Part shown: one piece after another, positions 53,926 to 64,000 of the stretch
Position numbering within the stretch: position 1 is the stretch's first letter
Layout: every line of letters starts with the position of its first letter
NCBI GenBank assembly: GCA_951406725.2
Contig: OX597814.1
Span: 170,376,001-170,440,000, forward strand
Direction: 5' to 3'
Source of the DNA: Octopus vulgaris
Lineage: Eukaryota
Length of the DNA stretch: 64,000 nt
The notes under the pieces: model-generated
What the model was told of the DNA's origin: nothing
The model's database searches: none
What the model saw: the letters and a program-made list of their open reading frames with translations, nothing else
Position numbers and translations under genes: made by a program

Positions 53926-54960
53926 GTACCAAGAAAAAGTGGGGGAAGAGGACTTATTGGATGCGAACACAGTATTAGAGCAGAAGAAAACAACATAGCA
54001 TGGTATGTAAAAAATGCCACAGAACTGCTATTGTTAGAAGTAAGAAGATCAGGCTCGTGTAGGATGGAAGATTGCAAAGATAAAGCACTATACAAGAAAT
54101 TGAAAATGAATGAAACTGAAAATAGGTGGATAAAGAAAAGAATGCATGGTCAATTTCATAGAGATGTTGAAAATAAGACAGACAGAAAAAAACATGGCTG
54201 TGTCTGACTAAAAGTGATTTAAAACCGGAAACGGAGGCTCTAATCTGTGCTGCCCAAGAGCAAGCACTAAGAACAAATTACATAAAATACAGAATAGACA
54301 ACGCAGCAGAAAGTGATATCTGTGGACAAAACGGTGAAACCATATGGCATATTACCAGCCAATGTACACCACTAGCCCAGAAGGTGTATAAGAGATGCCA
54401 CGACAATATAGCCAGGCTTGTCTATTGGACATTCTGCAACAAGTATGGACTTGACAGAGCAAAAATTGGTATGATCACAAACCTGAAGGCATCGTCAAAA
54501 ATAGAAGTGCAAAGATCCTATGAGATTTTATGATTCAGTGCGACCATGAGATAGAGAATAGGGAGCCAGACATAGTCTAAATTGAAAAAGAAAACAAACA
54601 ATGCTGTATCATAGATGTAGCATGCCCAGCTGACAATAAGATATGCGATAAGGGAGAAAGAAAAGTCAATAGATATGACAGGTTAGCTTGGGAAGTTAAG
54701 CAGTTGTGATCAATGAAAAAGGTAGCAGTAATGCCAATAATTGTCGGAGCCCTGGGAACAGTGAGCAAAAATCTCGAGAAGTATGTGGAACAAATAGGGG
54801 CTGCAATAAGGGTAGAGCACTTGCAGAAAACAGCACTGCTTGGAACTGCTCGAATTCTCCGTAAGGTGCTCAAAAAATAAGAGGTGTTACCTTAGTTCAC
54901 TGGTACAGTGGACAGGTGACACTGTAGTACATCTCCAGCATTAGAAGCTGTGCAAGGGCA
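53926..54960 (+). mobile_element. R4/Dong-clade non-LTR retrotransposon 3' fragment (restriction-like endonuclease)
   Basis: VPRKSGGRGL...MHGQF...LKPETEALICAAQEQALRTNY...CG..GETIWHITSQC...HDNIARLV...PDIV..IIDVACP...LQKTALLGTARILRKVL. Several stops. Both ends are embedded in (TAA)n, the known Dong target. Confidence 0.85.
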
Positions 54961-54969
54961 ATGATAATA

Positions 54970-55555
54970 ATAATCATTTCTACTACAGGCACAAGGCTTG
55001 AAATTTGGAGAGAGGGGTTAAGTTGATTACATCCACCCCAATACTCAACTAGTACTTAATTTATCGACCCTGAAAGGATGGAAAGCAAAGTCAACCTCGG
55101 CAGAATATGAAATCAGAACATAAAGACAGGTGAAATACTGCTAAGCATTTTGCCCAGCATACTAATGATTCTGCCACTCACCGCCTTAATAATAATGATG
55201 ATGATAATAATAATAGTAAGAAGATAGGGATAATGATGAGGAGGAGGGTTTTCAGCACTTGAAGGCTTACTGAAATCATGGATTCCAAGAATAAGACCAC
55301 TTTTGAGTCAAGTTGAGTAGTAGTAGTAGTAGTAGTAATAGTTTGAATTTTTGGCACAAGGCCAGCAATTTGGGGAAGGGGATAGTTGATTACATTGACC
55401 CCAGTACTCAACTGGTATTTATTTTATTGACCCCAAAAGGATGAAAGGTAAATTTGACCTCAGTGGAATTTGAACTCAGAATGTAGTGATAGGTGAAATA
55501 CTGCTAAGCATTTCATCTAGCTTGCTAACAATTCTGCCACCTTGTTGCCTTAATA
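54970..55555 (-). mobile_element. Two family 2 SINEs in (TAA)/(TAG)n context (a third lies at 53685-53895)
   Basis: Same core motifs as 46930-47885. Confidence 0.8.
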
Positions 55556-55957
55556 ATAATAGTAATAATAATAACAATAACAACTCCAACAACCACAACA
55601 ACAATAATATTATAATGTTTACTAATGAATTATGTATTTAAGCTTTTTTTTCTTTGCATTATTAAAAGTAATAGAAAGACTGGTTCTAGTTTCCCTTACC
55701 TAAAATCACTTTCTCTCTCCTGTTCTACTTCCAATCGCAGGGGCTCTTTTGGCTCCTTAGTCTTTCATCATGGTATAAGTACCTTGCAGATTATGAAAGC
55801 ACCCAGTACACTCTGTGCATTGGTTGGCATTAGGAAGTGCATCCAGCCTTAGACGTCATACCAAAATTGAGACATTGGAGTGTGGCATGGTCCTCTCTCT
55901 GTCATTGGATCCAGCTGATTCTCGTGCTAATAGAAAAAGTGGATGTACAATGATGAT

Positions 55958-55959
<2 letters not shown>

Positions 55960-56024
<65 letters not shown>

Positions 56025-56210
56025 TACACCTTCTAGGTTTGTTCAATGTTTTAAGTCAAGCTTGCAGTTTTTGTTAACTGAATATACTGAATGGTGTAGT
56101 TAAAACAAAATTTCTCATTAAACATCAAATAATTAATATTTGTCTATTTTACAACTTGATCTTTTGTGTGGTAAGAATTCATAATAATTTCAATACCATA
56201 TACAAAAGAA

Positions 56211-56260
<50 letters not shown>

Positions 56261-56336
56261 CATACATACATATACACACACACTATATACATATATATAT
56301 ATACACACAAAGAAATATATATACACACACATACAC
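55960..56336. repeat. Microsatellites: (CT)n at 55960-56018 and self-complementary (TG)n(TA)n(CA)n at 56210-56336
   Basis: Directly visible in the sequence. Confidence 0.95.
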
Positions 56337-57358
56337 TTGGTGTTAATCTGTCAAATAAAACAAAAGCCATGCAGTAATAATATTGATCAGTCAGTCTTTA
56401 GAATGTCTGTCCACAAAACAATGCAAAGTTCTCTCTCATTCTTTCCAAAGCAGACAGAACCAACCAAGTTCTTGAGTATAAAACAGTGCATTCATTGAAT
56501 GTTTTTAGCTAGAAAAATCTGTACATATGTGCTATAAAGTATCTGAACTTCTTGAGGTCATTTAGAAATATAGATTGGACAATATAATTTGACAGTGTAT
56601 GTGTTGTATATGTGTGTGTGTTTGTGTGTGTCTGCTCTGTATTGCTTCTACAGAGTTTAATAATAAAATGAGCCAATTAAAGTGGTTTGTTCAGAAAATA
56701 AAGTTAACTGGAGTTAATGTACTTTTTTTTTTTTTTTTTTTTTTAAACTTTTGTTCTTCTGGTTATTAAGCTACTGCTAAAGATACTAATTCTCAAAGTA
56801 TAGAAATCACAATTTTAGCTTACTTTTATCTGGTTTTTATCTGTTATTTTGTTTTTGTTTTTGTCTGTGTGTTGGTGTATATATTATGTATATGTATGTG
56901 CCTGTATTTATATAAATGTATGTATATATGGCTGCTATATATACATATATGAACATATGCCTGTGAACTTACATTTATGTTTTTGCATTTATATATATGT
57001 GTGTCTGTATATATATATATATATATACATACATACATACATACATACATATGTTTATGAAGCTTTGCGTGTGTGTGCTTTTATTTATTGATTGATTGAT
57101 TGATTCTTCACTGACTGGAGCATAGATCAATAGCCATTTTAATGATGTTTCTTAGGTGGCCATCTCTTCTACACATCTTTCTCCCCAATAAAAAAAAAAG
57201 GTTAACAAGATCTATTATTTGAATTTTTTTCAAGTCTCTCTCTGTCTGTCCGTCTCTCTCTCTCTCTGCACACTGACATACACACACATATACACATATA
57301 TGTGCATACTTTCTGCATAGTATATTTGTTATTTTTTTTTTTCTATTTGATTGTCCAG

Positions 57359-57495
57359 CCAACCAGATAGGTGCTGACAGCAAACAGGATGGGCCTGCCT
57401 CCAAACCTGCCAGTACTGACTGGCGAAAGCGAGTTCGTGGCGAGTACATGCGCCTTTGTCAAGTGAAGCGGTTTAAAAGAAATGATGAGGTTCGG
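57359..57495 (+). CDS. EZH2: EZH2/E(z) exon, N-terminal SBD helix: (A)NQIGADSKQDGPASKPASTDWRKRVRGEYMRLCQVKRFKRNDEVR
   Basis: Matches human EZH2 [25 protein letters not shown]. Acceptor after a poly-U tract ending GTCCAG. Donor GTAAGT in phase 0, at the same position as in the vertebrate gene. Confidence 0.93.
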
Positions 57496-58644
57496 GTAAG
57501 TGTGGACAATTCATATACTGTATCTATGACAGAAAATTGTGTGTGCATATGCAAATGTATGGCAGAATCAGCGGGAGTACCAGACAAAATACCTTGTGGT
57601 ATTTATATTCTTCAGTCAGATACTCACTGAGTTTTTTTTTTTTTTGAGTAGTCATGTAGTAACTCTACAGCAAAAAAACTTGTCGTGTTTTGGTGTGTTC
57701 TTTCATAGTTTTACCCGTCTTTTGACATAAAGTTGCCTTTTTGGGGTTCATAATCTTGCAAACTACATAACGGCCTCACCAGTGCTGGTGGTATGAAAAA
57801 AGCACCCAGTACATGCTGTAAAATGGTTGACATTAGGGATGGCAGCCAGCTGAAGAAACCATGCTAAAGCAGACACAGGGGCGCAATGCAGTCCTTGGAC
57901 CTATCAGATCCTGTTAAACTTCCCAACCCATACCAACATGGAACATGGGCATTAAATAATGATGATGATGATGATGACAATAATGATGACCACAATCTTT
58001 CTTCCCCTGAGACAGCTAAAATAAATATATCAGGATTGATGTAATTGACTGTACTCTAGAAGTAGGTGCCCTAGCATGGCTACAGTCCGATGGGAATTAC
58101 AGGATTGACTTGTTTCTTCTGTTAATTGCTTAGCTGTATCCATGTATGAAACCCAAGTTTGATGCTTGTATGTCGTCATCATCATCGTTTAACGTCCATT
58201 TTCCATGTTAGCATGGGTTGGACAGTTCGACCTGGATCTGGGAAGCCAGGAGGCTGCATCAAGCTCCAGTCTGATCTGGCAGTGTTTCTACAGCTGGATG
58301 CCCTTCCTAACACCAACCACTCCGTGAGTGTAGTGGGTATAAAGAATATATCAGTATATGCACTTAAACCTACATTTGTACTGAATTACTCCTTTTTTTT
58401 CATTTGTGTAAATTCTTTTGTGTGTGTGATATTAAGATAGAACAAAGAGATCAGATTAATCAGTCGATTACATCAACTCCAGTAATTGAATGGTACTGTA
58501 TTTTTAATTGACTTCGAAAGGATGAAAGGCAAAGCCAACCTTGGCAGAATTTGAATTCAGAACATAAAGAGCTGGATGAAATGCCACTAAGCATTTTGCT
58601 CAACATGCTAACAGCTCTGCCAGCTCACCACTTTTAACAATAAT

Positions 58645-59006
58645 AAACAAGAACACTGAGAGAGCACAAACCTTTGCCAAAGCAACACCAACATCCTCTC
58701 AATAGCCAGAGATGATTTTTAAAATGAAAATATCTGAAATAAACTCGACTGCTCTCACAAATGAGAAAACTAAAAATGAACCTGACCGCTCTCAAAAATT
58801 AAGTAAAAAGAAAAATAATCTAGAATCCTTGTCTTGTACCCGATTGATCCCAAAATAAATCAGTTCATGCCAGTCATGAGGTCTCCCTGAAAGTTTCATC
58901 CGAATCCATCCAGCAGTTCTTGAGATATCTTGTCCACGGACAAACAAACAAACATACAAATGCAACTGAAAACAGTACCTCTGCCTTTACTAAGGTGGTG
59001 GTAATA
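58645..59006. mobile_element. Helentron-associated (HINE/DINE-like) non-autonomous element
   Basis: Starts AAACAAGAACAC...ACCTTTGCC, has (CAAA)n near the end, then terminal hairpin ACCTCTGCC-TTTACTAA-GGTGGTGGT-AATA. Confidence 0.5.
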
Positions 59007-61002
59007 CATCAATGTGGAAGCCTTTACCTGAGTGTTCGACCTACTAGAAATAGCAATGAAATTTTCTTCAGACCACTCTTGACTATCATTGAAAATGAGT
59101 GAAACAAAGAACCAGAGTAGTTGCTCTGGTATTTCTTTTACTAACATTGGAATGATGAAAGGCAGTGTTGACCTCAGGAAGATTTGAACTCATAGCACTG
59201 AGACCCAGAACAGATATTGCAAGACACTGTAGGAGCTTGTTGTGAAAGCATGTGGGTTTTTGGGCTCTGTCCTACTGCTTTGCACTTGTAAAAGTTTTTT
59301 CGACTTTATCCTCAGGCTGAACAATGCCTTGTGAGTGTACTAAATTTTCCTAACAATACTATGTTAGTGTCCTGTACTGAGATATTAATCTGTGTGCGTG
59401 TGTGTGTGTGTTTAAACAGAAAAATGAAATAAAGAAATTAGAAAGCACTAATGTATATTTGAATGTAGAAAATGATGGTGCAGGACTACTAACCTTTCAC
59501 CTACCTCCTCCTCCCTTCGTTGCTGCTGAAATACCAAGAAAGCATGTGAAACCAGTCCTGATAAGGAGAGATAGCACTCAGAGATTGGATTTGAAAGCCG
59601 AAAGGAAGTTATGATATGGAACAACCTTCTCTCATCAAGCAAACAACATGGAGCACTAGCAAATGGCTGCATCTAGGGACAACTACAATCCATTGCCACA
59701 GATCAAGACAAGTGAAGATATACTGTTGGCATCCTGTGTTCTGCAAAGAGTCAAAGGAATTAGGAAGAAGAAGAAGAAAGAAATTTTAGATGTAATCTTG
59801 TTATTTGTGGTGTCTTTATATATTATGGTCTAAGATGGCAATTATCATTATACACCTAGTGAATTTTAGTTGATCAATAATAATCTATCAGGAAAAGGTT
59901 GCAAGATGCAACGAAAATTTTAGGAAAATAAAAATAAGTAGAAATTTTATCAGTGAGTGTGTTACATTATAAGGCACAAAAAGAAAATAACTCTCCCCAG
60001 ACAACAGAATATGCTTCAACACACAAACTCATATAAAGAATCTTGCAAAGCAAATCCCAAAACAAAATCTATCAGGAGTTATTGTTTAACTCTGGTCAGT
60101 CTTCATCATGTGCAGTTATGAGCAATTGTGTTCCACTTAATGCCAACTTTTCTTTCTGTTTTTGTTTCCACTAGCATATATTAATTATTAATATTGTTAT
60201 TATGGCCGATACCAGTGTTGTGTAACTGGTACAAGTGACCAAGTCCTCTGGCAATATACTGTGCATAAGAAGACCTGTCAAACCAAGTGAGTTCATAATC
60301 GTGGCCAATACTGGTGTTTCATAACTGGAACCCCTGTCAATGACATGTAAAAAGCACCCTCTACACTCTTGGAGTGGTTGGCAATAGGAAGGGCATCCAG
60401 CAGTAGAAACCATGCCAAATCAGATGGGAACCTGGTGCATCTCCCCAGTCTTCAGTCAAACCATCCAACCTATGCCAGCATGGAAAACAGATGTTAAATG
60501 ATGATGATGATTGTTATCATGTAGGGAACACCAAGTTGGAAATCTTGATATTTTATGTCAAAGACAAATACTTATTCAACCATATGCATCAATGCTGTTT
60601 TATGCAGTTTATCGTCATCATCATCATCGTTTAATGTCCACTTTCCATGCTAGCATGAGTTGGAGGATTTGACTGAGGACTGGTGAACCAGATGACTGCA
60701 CCAGGCTCCAATCTGATCTGGTAGAGTTTCTACAGCTGGATGCCCTTCCTAACACCAAACACTCCTTGTTAATAAATTAAAATCTCTCTCTCTCTTTCTT
60801 TCTCTCTCTCTCACCAAAAACTGTTGACAAAAACAGGTTCAGTATCCAGTCAGCCTCATCTGATTATCCCATTCCTACCCTAAAAGACAGTGTATGCCCA
60901 CAGTTTTAGGATTACCAATTCCAGTAAAAAATGATTAAAATAAGACTTTCACAGCAATCCTGTGTTCTTTGATCCTTTTATACACCTGTTCTTACCTTAC
61001 AG

Positions 61003-61131
61003 TGTGCATTTTCCTCCAATCGTAAACTAATCAATGATGAACTGGAAAAACATAATTGCTGGTGGAAGGAACAACCCAGCCAGCCTCTTCATGCTCCAGA
61101 AACTTTCAGTCAAATACCAGTTACAAGAAAA
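61003..61131 (+). CDS. EZH2: EZH2 exon, EED-binding domain: CAFSSNRKLINDELEKHNCWWKEQPSQPLHAPETFSQIPVTRK
   Basis: Aligns without gaps to human [30 protein letters not shown]...TRE. 129 nt, phase 0-0, CAG and GTAAGT sites. Confidence 0.93.
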
Positions 61132-61456
61132 GTAAGTTTTAATTCTTTGATATAATTTTGCCATTATTTCACTCCTTACTGCTTTATCCTCTAAATCGTA
61201 CACATACATTAATGTGCATGTGTGTGTGTGTTTGTGTTTGATGGTGTGAAAGACACATAGGCATATTACATACACCCCAATATAGGCAGCACACATTCAG
61301 AGAAATGAGTTTTTGGGGCATTAAAACATGAAATAAAGACCCAACTTTTCAGATAGGAGCCAGAGGCGAATTTTTGAGATTCTTTTTGGAAAAAATGCAC
61401 TTTACATGCTATCAAATTCAGTGTGTGTATATATATTATATATATATTATTATTAT

Positions 61457-61560
61457 TAATCAAAGGACATATTATATCTACCTGCTGGAAATAACAGTCA
61501 AAATAAGAGTTTTGACTGTTATTTCCAGCAGGTAGATATACTTAGTATGTCCTTTGATTA
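61457..61560. repeat. Near-perfect palindrome (about 47-bp arms, 6-nt loop TAAGAG)
   Basis: TATATCTACCTGCTGGAAATAACAGTCAAAA and TTTTGACTGTTATTTCCAGCAGGTAGATATA pair perfectly; TAATCAAAGGACATA/TATGTCCTTTGATTA extends the stem after a bulge. Confidence 0.95.
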
Positions 61561-61741
61561 GTTTTAATCCTTCAGCTATTTAATGCTTTTGCTGGGGTGG
61601 GCAATCACCTATATTATTGATTCTGTTATTATCATTTTTAAATTGTTACACCAGATAATAACAGAGTCAATTGTATCTTCGCAAATTACTTCTTTTCCCA
61701 TGAATTATTTGCTCCATATTGAAATATATATATATATATAT

Positions 61742-62117
61742 AGTTCCACTGCATGGCACCTTATGCAACTGTCTTCAACTGCAGCCTCACGCTGACCAAA
61801 GCCTTGTAATTGGATCTGGTGGACAGAAACTGAAAGAAGCCCATCATATATATGTGTGTTGTTGTTGTTGTGTCTGTGTTTGTCCCTCCATCACCTCTTG
61901 ACAACTGTTGTTGGTGTGTTTACATTCCCATAACTTAGCAGTTCAGCAAAAGAACCAATAGAATATGTATAAGGCTTAAGAAAATTAAATCCTGGAGTCA
62001 ATTTATCCAACTAAAAAATCACTTCAAGGTGGTACTCCAACATAGCCGCACCAAGTGACTGAAACAAGCAAAAGAATAAAAGAAGAATAAACTACTTACC
62101 ATACAGCCACTCCTGCG

Positions 62118-62157
<40 letters not shown>

Positions 62158-62530
62158 CGTAGTAAGTAGTTTGTTTACCAACCACATGGTTCCAAGTTCA
62201 GTCCCATTGCATGGCACCTTGAGCAAGTGTCTTCTACTATAGCCTCAGGCTAACCAAAACCTTGTGAGTGGATTTGGTAAGAGGAAACTGAAAGAAGCCT
62301 TTTGTATATATGTATATAAGTATGTGTCTGTGTTTGTCCCCCATCAACATTGCTTGACAACCGATGCTGGTGTGTTATGTCCCCATAACTTTGCAGTTTG
62401 GCAAAAGAGACCAATAGAATAAGTACTAGGCTTAGAAAGAATAAGTCCTGGGGTCGATTTGTTCGACTAAACGTGGTGCTCCAGCATGGCTGCAGTCAAA
62501 TGACTGAAACAAGTAAAAGAATAGAAGAAT
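61742..62530 (+). mobile_element. Two tandem 5'-truncated family 1 SINEs around a (TA)n tract
   Basis: Copies at about 61742-62085 and 62155-62530, with a short inverted SINE head at about 62091-62120. Confidence 0.8.
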
Positions 62531-62732
62531 ACACACACACACACATGTATGTATGTATATACATCTATATAAATTAGTCTTTTCAGCCTAATTAAGTTGG
62601 GTATTCTCTAACATTTATCAGTTGAAATTCATTAATTACATAACATTATTTACTAACTATTCAAAATAATATTCTTGCTTCCCCAATAAATTCCTTTTCT
62701 TTCTTTTTTTATTTCTGCTACTTACTTTTTAG

Positions 62733-62849
62733 TGTGAAGTTGAAAGTGGTATGAGCTTCCCTCACCAGATGGCACCATTGAGAGTAATGAATGCTTTAAA
62801 ACCAATTCCGACCATGTATAGTTGGGCTCCACTCCAACAGAACTTCATG
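62733..62849 (+). CDS. EZH2: EZH2 exon, BAM and start of SAL: [39 protein letters not shown]
   Basis: Matches human [39 protein letters not shown]. 117 nt, phase 0-0. Confidence 0.95.
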
Positions 62850-63357
62850 GTACTACTTTACTTTCCTTATTTCTATAGAGTCTGCTCTCTTTGATTTTTA
62901 TACCTTTGGCTGTTTCAATTCAAAAGAATTCAAAATATCTAACGTGAATTAAAATCTTCTTTGATCTTCTTCCTATCTGAATGATTGCCTTCAATGCCAT
63001 GTTTTTTTATTTGTTTCATAATAATCAGTCTTTTCTTATAATTGATGTTGAGATTTTCTTTTCATTATTCCTCCACTTAATGTTTAACTCCAGTTTTTAT
63101 ACTTTTCGTTTTATGTTTTCAACATATTTTTATGATTAAATTCAACTTTATGCCTTTCATTTTTATGTTCTTTTTTACCTATTGTTATATTTAATGTCAT
63201 TTTATGTCTTATTTCATTTTTTTTTTTCAACTATTTTTTTTATGTGCTCTCTCTCTCTCTCTCCCTCTCTCAAACCTCTCCTCTATTTATAATATTTAAC
63301 TGTTAATGTCTGTCGTTCATCACCTCAAATCACATGCTGGACCTCGTGTCTTTCAAG

Positions 63358-63622
63358 GTGGAAGATGAAACAATACTTCACAATATTCCATATATGGGCG
63401 ACGATATTCTAGATCAAGATTGTGCTTTCATTGAAGAACTATTAAAAAACTATGATGGGAAAGTCCACGGTGATAGAGACACAAAATTTATAAATGATGA
63501 TCTGTTTATGGAGCTTGTTGATGCTTTATGGGCCAACTATAATGATACTGACCCTGAGCAAAGAGAACTGTCTTCACCCTCTTCACAGAACACAAATGAT
63601 GGCATAAAAACAGAGTTAAAAG
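63358..63622 (+). CDS. EZH2: EZH2 exon, SAL/SRM/start of SANT1: [41 protein letters not shown]...
   Basis: Near-identical to the PRC2 catalytic subunit motif [40 protein letters not shown]. Acceptor TTTCAAG, donor AAG|GTAAAG in phase 1. The gene continues beyond the window. Confidence 0.96.
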
Positions 63623-64000
63623 GTAAAGAACTTTCCCTGTTGAATAGAAGTTTCTTTTACAGAGTCTGAAAAATAATTCATCCTAATTTATTGTCTCTTG
63701 CTTTCACCACTTCTCTCTCTTACACTCTCTCTCTCTCTCCCCCTCCCCCTACTTCTCTCCACCTTTCTCTCATACTGTATGGTAAACAGATAAATCTCCT
63801 CAAACTTGGATTATCAAAATTTCTTGAGTCGTAACTATATTAGTGCTCTTCTTTATTTTCTCATAATATCAGCCTGTGGCTAATCATCATCTTCATCATC
63901 GTTTTAACGTCCACTTTTCCATGTTTGCATGGGTCAGACAGAATTTGTTGTAGCTGATTTTCCTATGGCTGGATACTCTTCTTGTTGCAACCCATATCTG

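Noticed and set aside
63334-63357. ORF-track start MLDLVSFK
   Set aside because: This is intronic sequence upstream of the acceptor at 63357. Homology begins at VEDET, which joins QQNFM of the previous exon.

Overview
AT-rich, repeat-dense animal genomic DNA. The SINE and microsatellite landscape suggests a cephalopod, probably Octopus (inference, not searched). The window holds the 5' part of one + strand gene, a Polycomb Enhancer of zeste (EZH2/E(z)) orthologue. Four exons are recognisable by homology (57359-57495, 61003-61131, 62733-62849, 63358-63622). Two small phase-compatible upstream exons (28422/28434-28476 and a 45-nt exon at 45031-45075) plausibly supply the N-terminus across 16.5-kb and 12.3-kb introns, and there is a candidate 5' exon at 2836-2953. 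No promoter is visible and the gene continues past the right edge. The introns are filled with tRNA-derived SINEs, TTAA and hAT MITEs, Helitron-type elements, and mariner, Tc1, RTE and R4/Dong remnants. Almost all ORFs in the supplied track are repeat or microsatellite artefacts. The most unusual signal is a cluster of long fold-back inverted repeats at 18.8, 23.8 and 26.8 kb, with hammerhead ribozyme (HHR) motifs in their arms or loops. In two of them the 3' arm starts at or next to the predicted cleavage site, suggesting a family of Penelope/retrozyme-like, ribozyme-bearing hairpin retroelements inside the EZH2 pre-mRNA. All coordinates and alignments were read by eye; repeat boundaries are approximate.
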